From: Microcystaceae cyanobacterium
Lineage (GTDB): Bacteria > Cyanobacteriota > Cyanobacteriia > Cyanobacteriales > Microcystaceae
Length of the DNA: 64,000 nucleotides
NCBI GenBank assembly: GCA_041746575.1
Contig: JBGTGT010000121.1
Span: 1 to 64,000 of the forward strand
Direction of reading: 5' to 3'
A program made the translations under genes and the position numbers. Positions 40,902-50,796 of the stretch are shown here, one piece after another. Numbering within the stretch: position 1 is the stretch's first letter; the number at the start of each line of letters is the position of its first letter. Below the pieces are notes generated by a model that searched no databases, was not told the origin of the DNA, and saw only the letters and a list, made by a program, of their open reading frames with translations.

Positions 40902-41816
40902 TCATAATGACGGTTTAGGGAGATACTGATGCCAATGGTCAGCAATCTCGATTCGCTTACAAATCCAAACCTGATCAGGTTGTTGGATATAATCTAAAAA
41001 TCGAGCTAAAGCCCCTGCTCGTCCAGGGCGACCTGCTAGACGGCAATGTAAGCCAATACTCATCATTTTAGGGGTTTTTTCTCCTTCTGCATACAGAATG
41101 TCAAAGGCATCTCGTAAATAGGCGTAGAATTGATCCCCTGAATTGAAGCCTTGTGTCGTGGCAAAGCGCATATCATTATTATCAAGGGTATAGGGAATTA
41201 CCAAATGAGGTTTACCATAATCATGAACCCAATAGGGTAGATCATCGGCATAACTATCCGAATCATAGAGAAATCCTCCCTCTTCTACTACTAATTTACG
41301 AGTTTGAGGACTATTTCTCCCAGTGTACCACCCCAACGGTCGCTTTCCGGTCACTTCTGTATGAATGGCGATCGCTTTTTGCAAGTGTTCTTGTTCTTCT
41401 GCTTCCCCAAAATAACGATAGTCAATCCAGCGATACCCATGACTGGCAATTTCCCAATTCGCTTCGTTCATCGCCGCTACAGCTTCAGGATTGCGAGCCA
41501 GTGCCATGGCAACACCGTAAACGGTAACAGGAATTTTTCTTTGGGTAAATAAGCGATATAATCGCCAAAAACCTGCCCGACTGCCATATTCATAGCAGGA
41601 TTCCATGTTCATGTGGCGTAATCCCATCAAAGGCACTGCCCCCACAATCTCAGATAAAAAGGTTTCTGAGGATTGATCGCCGTGTAAAATACAGGTTTCT
41701 CCTCCTTCTTCATAATTAATGACAAATTGAACGGCAACACGAGCATTATTAATCCATTTTGGGTCAGGGGGATATTGCCCATAACCGATCATCTCTCTCG
41801 GATAAGATAATGACAT
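40902..41816 (-). CDS. puuE: Metal-independent allantoinase PuuE (polysaccharide deacetylase fold)
   Basis: YPREMIGYG, QFVINYEEGGE, YEYGSRAGFWR, ASHGYRWI, YTLDNNDMRF, IGLHCRLAGRPGR; adjacent to uraD. Confidence 0.92.
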   Translation of the reverse strand: MSLSYPREMIGYGQYPPDPKWINNARVAVQFVINYEEGGETCILHGDQSSETFLSEIVGAVPLMGLRHMNMESCYEYGSRAGFWRLYRLFTQRKIPVTVYGVAMALARNPEAVAAMNEANWEIASHGYRWIDYRYFGEAEEQEHLQKAIAIHTEVTGKRPLGWYTGRNSPQTRKLVVEEGGFLYDSDSYADDLPYWVHDYGKPHLVIPYTLDNNDMRFATTQGFNSGDQFYAYLRDAFDILYAEGEKTPKMMSIGLHCRLAGRPGRAGALARFLDYIQQPDQVWICKRIEIADHWHQYLPKPSL

Positions 41817-41858
41817 AGGTTAAGTAGTATAAAAGACAAAATAACAGGGAAGAAATTA

Positions 41859-42248
41859 TTAACTATTAACGACTAAACTGGCTTTATACATCGCCCATCC
41901 GCCTAAATGGGAAATATCTGGCCAATTGTATTGATCAATTAGAGATTTTGGGTACAAAAACGCTGTTGCTGTCTCTCCTCCCTCTAAATGCACCGTAGCA
42001 GGATACATATTAGGGGGTTCATTACGGGCAAGATAGTCAAATTGTTCGTCTGTTAATTCATAGACTTCCCCCGGAATAGAAATTCCTCCTTCTTCGACCT
42101 CGTAAATGGCGGGATGCCAGCCATTACCCGCAGAATGAAGACGATAGCAGGACTCTGTCGCCGCTTCTTGAATAAATTGGGCAGATTGCAGGTTTTGATG
42201 GTCGGGTTGTCCCCGTAAAGCAGAACCACAGATAAAGACTCGTTTCAT
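41859..42248 (-). CDS. Stand-alone gamma-glutamylcyclotransferase-fold protein resembling the allophanate hydrolase C-terminal domain
   Basis: VFICGSALRGQP.H.NL, T..CYRL, GISIPGEVYEL, EPP, V.LEGG, DISHLGGW..Y; ATG 42248. Confidence 0.7.
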   Translation of the reverse strand: MKRVFICGSALRGQPDHQNLQSAQFIQEAATESCYRLHSAGNGWHPAIYEVEEGGISIPGEVYELTDEQFDYLARNEPPNMYPATVHLEGGETATAFLYPKSLIDQYNWPDISHLGGWAMYKASLVVNS

Positions 42249-42264
42249 AGTCAACTTCTTTTTT

Positions 42265-42279
42265 TGTATACAGTATACA
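42265..42279. promoter_or_regulatory. Candidate GntR-family operator at the head of the allantoin cluster
   Basis: TGTATACAGTATACA (two GTATAC palindromes 7 nt apart), just downstream of a minus-strand TATGCT -10-like box and 17 nt upstream of the ATG. Confidence 0.45.
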
Positions 42280-42430
42280 GCATAGCAAATTTTGGAGAGT
42301 TAAGATAAATTTAAGCTTAAGAATTGTTGAACTTACCGAAATTTAAGCCTAAAAAAAAGCCAATTGCCTTTAAAAGCAACCAGCTATCTCAGTGAGAAAT
42401 TTTCTAATCTATTCGATTAAATTTGAGCAA

Positions 42431-42745
42431 TTAGGCAACAGGTTCATTTTCTGGGACGGTGTTAATAGGAATTTCTCCCATCGGTTGCGCATCTGCATTC
42501 ACCGTGTCTCCTGCTACGCCTTGACGTTGTTTACGATGGTCAATCACAAGGCGAGACAGTTCGGCAGTGAGTAAAGTTAATAACATTCCGTCGTCAATCC
42601 AACCAATAATCGGCAAGAAATCAGGGGAAATATCAATGGGACTAAATAAATAAGCTAACGTACCAAGAACAATAAACCAGCGATATTTAGGATGACTAAT
42701 TTTGCTGCTGTACCAATTGTAGAAAGAAGTAACAATAGATTTCAT
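42431..42745 (-). CDS. DUF1232 (YkvA) membrane protein
   Basis: YLFSPIDISPDFLPIIGWIDD motif. Confidence 0.88.
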   Translation of the reverse strand: MKSIVTSFYNWYSSKISHPKYRWFIVLGTLAYLFSPIDISPDFLPIIGWIDDGMLLTLLTAELSRLVIDHRKQRQGVAGDTVNADAQPMGEIPINTVPENEPVA

Positions 42746-43092
42746 TTCCGAAACTCCAAATCTCGATTAATTCTATTTTCCCTGATCGATCATTATTTGA
42801 ACAGGATGATAACGCGATAAGATTAGGTGGGTTTCCTCCCTTGATTTCAAAGAGAAAACCTTATACTTTTGAGGGAAAGTTTATCATTATTGATTGTGCC
42901 AGTTTTCTAACTGTCCTTTTTAGCAGAAACTGATGTGTGGTTCTATCGCAAATCGAGAAGAGACAGAAGGAAATGAGAAATCAGTAGTCAGGTCGTTCAA
43001 CTGCACAATGAGCTTTACATACAATAGAGGAAAACTTTAGATTCTGTTAAGATTGTTACACCCATTTAATCCAAGTTAAGAGAATACGAGTT

Positions 43093-43788
43093 ATGTCTTC
43101 TAAATCAATTGTGATCGCTCCTTCCATTTTATCTGCTGATTTTAGCCGTTTGGGGGCAGAAATTGAAGCTGTTGACCAAGCAGGGGCTGATTGGATCCAT
43201 GTTGATGTGATGGATGGTCGTTTTGTTCCCAATATCACCATTGGTCCTCTAATTGTCGATGCCATTCGTCCCCATACGAAAAAACCCCTCGATGTGCATT
43301 TAATGATTGTCGAACCCGAAAAATATGTTGAAGACTTCGCTAAGGCAGGAGCCGATATTATCTCCGTTCACGCCGAACACAATGCGTCTCCCCATCTTCA
43401 TCGTACCCTCGGACAGATTCGAGAACTCGGTAAAAAGGCCGGTGTTGTTCTGAATCCCTCCACACCATTAGATTTGATTGAGTATGTCTTAGAACTCTGT
43501 GATTTAATCTTGATTATGAGTGTGAATCCCGGTTTTGGCGGTCAAAGCTTTATTCCCGAAGTTGTGCCTAAAATTCGCAAATTACGTCAAATGTGCGATG
43601 AAAAAGGCTTAGATCCTTGGATTGAAGTAGATGGCGGACTGAAACCCACAAATACATGGCAAGTCTTAGAAGCCGGCGCCAATGCGATTGTGGCAGGGTC
43701 TGCCGTTTTTAAAGCGCCTAATTATGCCGATGCCATTGAGGGGATTCGCAACAGTAGACGTTCTCAACCGGAACTGGCAACAGTTTAG
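43093..43788 (+). CDS. rpe: Ribulose-phosphate 3-epimerase
   Basis: [45 protein letters not shown]. Confidence 0.97.
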   Translation: MSSKSIVIAPSILSADFSRLGAEIEAVDQAGADWIHVDVMDGRFVPNITIGPLIVDAIRPHTKKPLDVHLMIVEPEKYVEDFAKAGADIISVHAEHNASPHLHRTLGQIRELGKKAGVVLNPSTPLDLIEYVLELCDLILIMSVNPGFGGQSFIPEVVPKIRKLRQMCDEKGLDPWIEVDGGLKPTNTWQVLEAGANAIVAGSAVFKAPNYADAIEGIRNSRRSQPELATV

Positions 43789-43801
43789 TTTAACCTTTGA
43801 T

Positions 43802-43828
43802 GGGGTGCAAACATCCGCGCCCCTTTTT
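43802..43828 (+). terminator. REP-like hairpin acting as probable terminator between convergent rpe and tamB
   Basis: GGGGTGC..GCGCCCC followed by TTTTT. Confidence 0.5.
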
Positions 43829-43877
43829 CGGGTAAAAACAATCATAAATCTGGCACCCATCTGTTTAACGGTGAACT

Positions 43878-46800
43878 TTAAAATTGTCGTTCGTAACGCA
43901 CTTTAAACTCATTGAAAGTATAATCGTAAGAAAAGCGCAAAAATGAAGGATTTTCTACTTCTTCACCTTCTTTTTCAGGATTTAAGCTATAAATGGCCTC
44001 TAAAAAGGGAACAACCCGAAAATCGGTTGAACCAATCGTATCACTAATAGACGTTTCAATATCATAAATCACCCCCTGAAAGACCATCGGCAAGGCAATC
44101 TGCACGATTCCTGATTGAATCAATTGTTCGGTGTTGCCGGTTTGTAAAGAGTCTGCGATAGCAAGGAATTGCTCAGCTAATAAACGCACAATTTGACCTT
44201 CAGTTCGGGGTGGACGACTGGAGAGTTTAACGGCAGGACTTTGGATAATATCACCTTCGGCAGCATTAACAATGGCTAAATATTGAATACACTGTTCCAT
44301 GCGCTCTAATTCTACCTCAGACAAAGAGGCTTCCCCTCGAATCGGACGTAAATCATCGGGATGGAGATCACAAATTTGCTGACCACTTATCCCCAAATTA
44401 GGTAAAATTTGACGTAATTGGCCATTAATATCCAAATTAACATCAATCCGTTGTACCCGATTCAAGCTATCGTCTAAAATCTCATTACTGGTGTCAGAAA
44501 GCCGCTTACGAGTGTTCGGAATCTCTGAGACGATGGTACGCATCGCAATATCGAGATCGGGGTTAAAAATTCCTTGATTAGGGCTAAAAGTAATCGAATT
44601 AGACGCACGACGGTCTAATAAAAAGCGGGTATCTACAAGGTTAATTTGTCCCCGACTGAGTTTAATTTCCCCGACAGGACGCAGTTGATTTAAGTCTAGG
44701 GTATTCAGCGTCCCATTGACCTGAATGACTCCGCCAAAATCAAAACCATAAAGGGGCAATTGTTCAACGGATAATGCCTCTAAACTCACGGTGAAATCCT
44801 GTAAGGTGGGTACAATCGGTAAAAACTGAGGTCGTTGTAGATTCGGTCTGAACCAACGTTGATACGCCAGTTGTTCTTGGAGACTTGCGGAGGATGTTTC
44901 TGCTGTTTTTTGAGACTTAGGAACAAAAATTTGACCATTCGCAAGGGTTACATTGCCCCGAATCGTCGGTTTTAAGGCGGTTTGAGTCACCTGTATCAGT
45001 CCTTCGACTTCTCCTGTATAAAGTCCCGTTATATCGACGCTTGCTTTCTCTATCGCCACCGTTAAGGGATTTGCGAGGGAACGCGCTTCAAAGATAGGTA
45101 ATGCCCCCGTTATTAAAACATTACTATTGGCATATTGTCCTTGTAATTGGTCAATTTGGATAATATCTCTCGTAAAATTAATTTGACCGTTCACCACAAG
45201 CGGCCCTGGTAAGGATGAACTGGCAAAGGTGGTATTTTCTAGGTTGACTTGTCCTTGCGCCACAAATCTGAAATCAAATTTGTCTTGAGTATTTAAAGTC
45301 CCTGTTACGTCTAGGTTAACATCCCCTTGACCATCTAACCAGACAATTTGGTCTTGAGTTAGCAAATTAATCCATTTTAGAGCTTCTGTACCGATTCTTA
45401 CTCGTACATCTACTTGATCATTCACCTCAGGTTGCGCTGGATACGGAAGACTGGCATAGAGTTGAATTGAGTCTGGGGCAGTGGTTTGAGTGATTAAACG
45501 GGCATTTTCATAAAGAAATTGACCTTTTATGTCTTGATTAATACGTCTCGCGTTGATGGCACCCTCAGTGAAAGCAAAATTTCCCTGTACTTTTGGATTG
45601 AAGGTTTGACCGGAAATTGTCCCTGTTAAATTGAGATCCCCCGTAAAATCTAAAGGAATATCAACAAATTCTTTAACTGTATCGACAGAAAGATTACTAA
45701 TCACAAAATTTGACTGAATCTCTTTAACCGATAGCGTTCCTTGAAGATCTGCCACCATATCCCGTAATTGTAATCCAGCCGTTTGAATCTTCACCACCCC
45801 GTCTTCTAAGGTAGCCAATAAACGCACATCCCGAATAGGAATCGCCTGATCGCCTTCGGTAATCAAGCCAAGGGGGGGAACAATGTTCGGAATCGGAGGT
45901 TGCGGTTGCCATTGCCAGCGATCGCCTTGAAAGGCGACCATTAACTGGGGATCTTGTAAGGTGCCATCTAAAGTGACTGCGGTGGTAAATGCGCCTCTAA
46001 TGTCTAATTCAGTGGGAATTCCGCCTTTCTGTAAAATTTCGGCGTATTCTTTGATTTTTCGGTCAATAACTGCCAATAGATTCACCTGTGAAGCAATAGT
46101 AGCGTTTACGTCCCCTGCTTGCGGTGTCGGTTTTAAAACACTGGCAGACGCATAGTCAATGGCTCTAAACTTAAGCAAATTGACCAAACTCTGAATATCA
46201 CTAATTTTCAAGGCAGTCAGAATATCTTCAACATAGCCTCGATCCACGTCTAATTTCGCAAAAATTGCGCCTGAATTAAAGTTTAATGAGCCAATCAGGT
46301 CATAATTGCTTCTACCAACGACTAATCTTCCTTGTTCGAGTTGCGCCACCCCATTCTCATAAGCCAGTTGTGCCGTAATTTTATCTCCTTCAATTAATCC
46401 GATACCGGGTTGGTCAATTTCTAATGTGCCTCGTCCGTCTAAGGTAAAGAGATTGATGTCGGTTGTCAATTTCACGCCACCTCTAATAAAGCCGTTAATG
46501 CCGTATTCTTCTAGGGGCGCAATTTTTAGTAAATCAAGCGAAAAAGTGTCTATTTCTGCTAATAAGCGATCGCCTTTTCGTTCACCGACGGCTACGAGAG
46601 GAGGATTATCCTCATAAATCTGCTTAATCGCGAATGAGGTAGGTAAATAAGGCGCAGCACAGTCAGAGCGGGTACAAGGATCAAGTTTTGCGGCAATAAC
46701 GTCTTGTTGTCCCTGTAAATTAAGATTAATACTTCGTCCTAACCCTGCATTGAGCGTTCCTTGCAGAAGCGGTTCAAATGGACGTTGATTAAAACTGAAG

Positions 46801-49800
46801 TTAGTGAGGCTCACATTACCGACTAATTGGGTATTTCCTGCGGCTGTAGGAGCAGTCAACAGGTTTTTACCGCTAAATTGTCCTGAAAATTCACCCAATC
46901 CTGTCAGGTCTAATTCTTGAGGCAATAGGGTACGTTTAACGGGAATCAACGTCAAAATTTCTTCAAGGGGCAGTCGATTAAGGTTACTGCGAGCATTAAT
47001 GTTAAAATTCGCCGTGGCAATATCCGGCTGACGGGTTAAATCGGTGATCAAAAGACGACCATCACCCTTGACGCGTTGATCATCCCAATTGGCGTTGAAG
47101 CTGGAGACTGTAAGGGGAAGGGTGGCGTTTTCTCCGAAAATTTGCCCCAAATTGCCACTAACATCTGCGGTTGCGTCAACGGACTCTTGGAGAATAGAGA
47201 CATCTGAACAAGCTGCAGGAACTAGGGAGCAGAAAGCACGCGGTTTCACCCCATTAGCCACTATATCGGCAGTAAATTGATTGCCATTGAGGCGACTATC
47301 TACATTAATCTTGCCCTCGGCGGCTAGTGCGTTGGCTGTTGCTGTCCCCTCGAAACTGCTCAAATCAGGAGTTGTGTTGAGGGATTGAATTAATGCGTTA
47401 AGATTTCCGGCAATATTGACATTACTATTCAGTAAACTGGCAGAAATAGGCAAGTTAGGAAAAATTCGATCAAGGGGAAGACGACCTGTATTAGCAACAA
47501 GATCAAGAATTCCCCGTTTAACAGTGGCAATCGCATTAACCGGACTTCCTGCAAGGCTTAATTGCGAATTAAGGTTTAAATTAACGGAGGTTAGATCAGC
47601 AGGTGATTTTTCTAGTAATTCAGGTAAAGATGCCGTCAAGTCAATCTTGGCACGATTCACCCGAGCCGGAACGGTTAAATTCGGCAAAAAGGGATTAAGA
47701 TTTACTTGAGAGGTAAGGATATCTGCCGTTAAGATTCCCTGAGATAAGTTGCCATCAACATTCACATTTCCGTCATCAACCCCTAAAACAGCGTTTAATT
47801 CTCCCTGAAGTTGATTCAAGTTTAATCGCTCAATATTCCCTGAAATATTCCCGGTGGCGCGTCTTAGGAATAAATTTTGCGTTAATAGTCCTTCTGGACA
47901 TTGACCCGTTTCCTGACAATATAAACGAACGTAGGGATTGAGATTAATCTCTGAGGTTTGCAAATTGCCATCCAGATTCCCTTGAGATAACGTACCCGCA
48001 ACCACAAAGTCACCCTCATTAATCATTAAATTGGCATTCAATGCACCTTTGAGTTGGTCTAAATTGAGTTGATTGATATTTCCGGTTAAACGTCCTCTGG
48101 CATTCCGAACCCTGATATTTTGCGTTAACAGAGAAGACGGACATTGATTCGTTTCTTGACAATAAATCGCAATATAAGGATTTAGATTTAAGCTGGCTGT
48201 TTGGAAATTTCCGCTAATATTACCTTGTCTTAAAAGAGCATTAACATTAACATTTCCTTCATTAATATCCAACAACGCGTCCACATTAGCATTAATTTTA
48301 TCAAGGGATAATTGATTGAGATTTGCTCCTAAATTAATCTTTGCCTTCGTCACCGAAACTTGTTGCGTTAACACACTGTCAGGACATTCAATAAAATTTT
48401 GACAAACTATTGGGATAAAAGGAGATAACGCAAAAGAACGAGCCTCTAAAACCGCTTGTAATTTGTTCGTTTTAAAACTGCCTTTACCCTTTAAATCGGC
48501 TTTTCCGCCGTTGGTTTGCGATAAGGTATTGTCGAAACTAAAGTTTTGTCCTGATAATAAAATTTCTCCTTCTCCTGTAATGCCAACTCCTGCGACCTGA
48601 CTCGGTTTAGGAGCATTCCAATTAATTTTTCCTTGCAAATTTTGCCACGTTCCTTTAAAAGATCCTGTGGCTTTCAGTGGACTAAAAGTGACCGTTTGAG
48701 TCGGCGTTATATAAGACTTTAAGAGTTCTTGAGTGGGTAAATTAGCGGTAAAATCTAAGGCTAAAGGCAGGGTTGTCCAATTCGTCTTTTTGTTGTTTTC
48801 TATTTTATCTTTAAAATCGGTTTTTAATTGTCCTTTAGCGAGAATTATTCCGCCTTCCGTGGGAACAGCTTGTAATTGCGATAGTAAAATTCTATCGAAT
48901 GTTGCTTGAAATTGAGCCTCTAGTTTTTTAAAGTTTGTCTTTGCTAATCGAATCGGTTTCGTATTTTCAATCACTCCCGTGACAATAGGATCTAAAACTT
49001 TCCCCCGTACTTGAATTTTACTGCGGACTTCTCCGATTAATTCTATCGGTAGCTTAGCATTAATAACTTGCAATAATTCAGTAATTTGAAAGGGTTTAAG
49101 ATCAATATTTAAATTCAATCCTTGTTGCCAATCTACATTTCCTTTTACTTGAGCATTCAATTGACCTACACTTAAATTTAGTTGCTCAACGAATAATTTT
49201 TGCCCTGCTAAATTTAACGCAATGTTAGCTTGAATCGGTCTTTTAATCGTGGGAATTTGTGCCGCTAAATTGCTTAAGTCAATATTTCCATTTCCTTTTG
49301 TTCCTTCAATTCTCTCAAGAGAAGGCACGTTTAAATTAAAATCAGCTTGAAATGTCCCTTTGTTGACGGTGGCAACAGACTTTGGAATTAATGCCGCCAA
49401 TTCCCTTAAATTTAATTCTTGAATCAAAATATCGGCTTGGGTTTGACCAAAATTTTCCCCAGCGATATCACTTTCTCCTTCTAATTGAATGGCACTCCCT
49501 AATAGTTGCGCCTCCAAATCGTAGCGAATTTTTTGATCCTTCCCGCCGCGATATAAATACCCTCCGCTACCCTCTGCTTGCAAAGTAACGGTTTTTTTCA
49601 GTGCATTAGGAACAAGAGCAACATCCGCATCTTTGAGATTGACCTTAATGTCTAAGCCAATGGGAAGATCTCTTTTTTCTCCTTCTGGAAAATCCGGTAA
49701 TTCGAGCCATTTCCCTGTTTTATCCTGTTCAATGTAAAAATTGGGGTCAGTAACCGTTACCGTAGCGGCTAAAGGAAGACCGACAAAGATGGGAAGGAGA

Positions 49801-50138
49801 TTAAAATTAATGAGAATTTCTTTTATTTCCCCATGATCAGGGTCAGTCGGGGTTTTAGGGAGGGTTGATTGGCCAATGCGAATATGATTCAAGGAAAAGC
49901 TCTCTACTTCTCCCACATTAACGGGTCGTTGTAACAATTGACTCAGCTGAGACGATAACAGCGGAGAAAGACGTTGATAGGCGAAGTACTGCATCCCTGC
50001 GTAGGTTGCGACGCCGAGAGTGAGCAAAATGCCACCACCCACGAGGGTAGAAGGCTTCTTTAACCATCGCCATAAAATCGCTGTCAAATTCCGTCTTGGG
50101 GGTTCTGACGGGCTTTCGGGGGGTAAATTAGTCATCAC
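43878..50138 (-). CDS. TamB/DUF490 (AsmA-like) large envelope protein
   Basis: N-terminal TM anchor, long amphipathic beta-strand repeats, C-terminal DUF490-like region (G.I.L.RGQINL, NPDLDI, LSSRPPRTEGQIVRLL). Confidence 0.85.
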   Translation of the reverse strand: MMTNLPPESPSEPPRRNLTAILWRWLKKPSTLVGGGILLTLGVATYAGMQYFAYQRLSPLLSSQLSQLLQRPVNVGEVESFSLNHIRIGQSTLPKTPTDPDHGEIKEILINFNLLPIFVGLPLAATVTVTDPNFYIEQDKTGKWLELPDFPEGEKRDLPIGLDIKVNLKDADVALVPNALKKTVTLQAEGSGGYLYRGGKDQKIRYDLEAQLLGSAIQLEGESDIAGENFGQTQADILIQELNLRELAALIPKSVATVNKGTFQADFNLNVPSLERIEGTKGNGNIDLSNLAAQIPTIKRPIQANIALNLAGQKLFVEQLNLSVGQLNAQVKGNVDWQQGLNLNIDLKPFQITELLQVINAKLPIELIGEVRSKIQVRGKVLDPIVTGVIENTKPIRLAKTNFKKLEAQFQATFDRILLSQLQAVPTEGGIILAKGQLKTDFKDKIENNKKTNWTTLPLALDFTANLPTQELLKSYITPTQTVTFSPLKATGSFKGTWQNLQGKINWNAPKPSQVAGVGITGEGEILLSGQNFSFDNTLSQTNGGKADLKGKGSFKTNKLQAVLEARSFALSPFIPIVCQNFIECPDSVLTQQVSVTKAKINLGANLNQLSLDKINANVDALLDINEGNVNVNALLRQGNISGNFQTASLNLNPYIAIYCQETNQCPSSLLTQNIRVRNARGRLTGNINQLNLDQLKGALNANLMINEGDFVVAGTLSQGNLDGNLQTSEINLNPYVRLYCQETGQCPEGLLTQNLFLRRATGNISGNIERLNLNQLQGELNAVLGVDDGNVNVDGNLSQGILTADILTSQVNLNPFLPNLTVPARVNRAKIDLTASLPELLEKSPADLTSVNLNLNSQLSLAGSPVNAIATVKRGILDLVANTGRLPLDRIFPNLPISASLLNSNVNIAGNLNALIQSLNTTPDLSSFEGTATANALAAEGKINVDSRLNGNQFTADIVANGVKPRAFCSLVPAACSDVSILQESVDATADVSGNLGQIFGENATLPLTVSSFNANWDDQRVKGDGRLLITDLTRQPDIATANFNINARSNLNRLPLEEILTLIPVKRTLLPQELDLTGLGEFSGQFSGKNLLTAPTAAGNTQLVGNVSLTNFSFNQRPFEPLLQGTLNAGLGRSINLNLQGQQDVIAAKLDPCTRSDCAAPYLPTSFAIKQIYEDNPPLVAVGERKGDRLLAEIDTFSLDLLKIAPLEEYGINGFIRGGVKLTTDINLFTLDGRGTLEIDQPGIGLIEGDKITAQLAYENGVAQLEQGRLVVGRSNYDLIGSLNFNSGAIFAKLDVDRGYVEDILTALKISDIQSLVNLLKFRAIDYASASVLKPTPQAGDVNATIASQVNLLAVIDRKIKEYAEILQKGGIPTELDIRGAFTTAVTLDGTLQDPQLMVAFQGDRWQWQPQPPIPNIVPPLGLITEGDQAIPIRDVRLLATLEDGVVKIQTAGLQLRDMVADLQGTLSVKEIQSNFVISNLSVDTVKEFVDIPLDFTGDLNLTGTISGQTFNPKVQGNFAFTEGAINARRINQDIKGQFLYENARLITQTTAPDSIQLYASLPYPAQPEVNDQVDVRVRIGTEALKWINLLTQDQIVWLDGQGDVNLDVTGTLNTQDKFDFRFVAQGQVNLENTTFASSSLPGPLVVNGQINFTRDIIQIDQLQGQYANSNVLITGALPIFEARSLANPLTVAIEKASVDITGLYTGEVEGLIQVTQTALKPTIRGNVTLANGQIFVPKSQKTAETSSASLQEQLAYQRWFRPNLQRPQFLPIVPTLQDFTVSLEALSVEQLPLYGFDFGGVIQVNGTLNTLDLNQLRPVGEIKLSRGQINLVDTRFLLDRRASNSITFSPNQGIFNPDLDIAMRTIVSEIPNTRKRLSDTSNEILDDSLNRVQRIDVNLDINGQLRQILPNLGISGQQICDLHPDDLRPIRGEASLSEVELERMEQCIQYLAIVNAAEGDIIQSPAVKLSSRPPRTEGQIVRLLAEQFLAIADSLQTGNTEQLIQSGIVQIALPMVFQGVIYDIETSISDTIGSTDFRVVPFLEAIYSLNPEKEGEEVENPSFLRFSYDYTFNEFKVRYERQF

Positions 50139-50261
50139 TCCTCACCATAATATTTCCCACACCACCTTTACCCTAACACAGGTTTTTAGGAAGCAAAGTT
50201 GGAATTGAAACAGATCTAAGAAGAGGTGAGGGGTAATTGTGATGGAATGATCAAGGACGAG

Positions 50262-50603
50262 TTACTGGTCGCCCGTTTTTTGGATATTATCAAGATGGGA
50301 TAAGGTAGAATCAAGGTTCTTCCGTTGTTCCATTTTACTGAGAAAATAACCTGTCATCATGGCAGATGCTAAAAGGTTGGCAAAATTTTCTCGGTCCGTC
50401 GTAATCTGAACATTGAAGGCATCAACAGGTAGCATACCGACTAATCCTTGCACATTTTGTGTAATAATGTCTTTGATCTCTGGACTAGCGGACTGGGCAA
50501 TCCGTGCCAAGGTTTCAGGATGCTGTTGTTGAAGATACTGAATCAGTGAGTTGATGTCTTGTTCTTCCGGTTCGGACGCAAAGAAATCTAAGTTAAATAC
50601 CAT
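50262..50603 (-). CDS. DUF760 family protein
   Basis: N.LIQYLQ...PE, QNVQGLVGMLP, TTDREN.A.LLASAMMTGYFL. Confidence 0.88.
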   Translation of the reverse strand: MVFNLDFFASEPEEQDINSLIQYLQQQHPETLARIAQSASPEIKDIITQNVQGLVGMLPVDAFNVQITTDRENFANLLASAMMTGYFLSKMEQRKNLDSTLSHLDNIQKTGDQ

Positions 50604-50796
50604 TAGAACTCCGAGTTAGGAATCTGCTTGCCTTTTACTGTGACACACTTTACTGCCAAGCGACAAGAGTTTAATGTTTCTATGATAGCTTGGTTCTCAA
50701 AATTTAGCTTCATTAAAGGAAATCAGAAACAGGTGTTCGGTTTTAAGGATTGAATTTAAGCCGCATCCCTCACACCTTCTTATAACTGTTCGCTGT

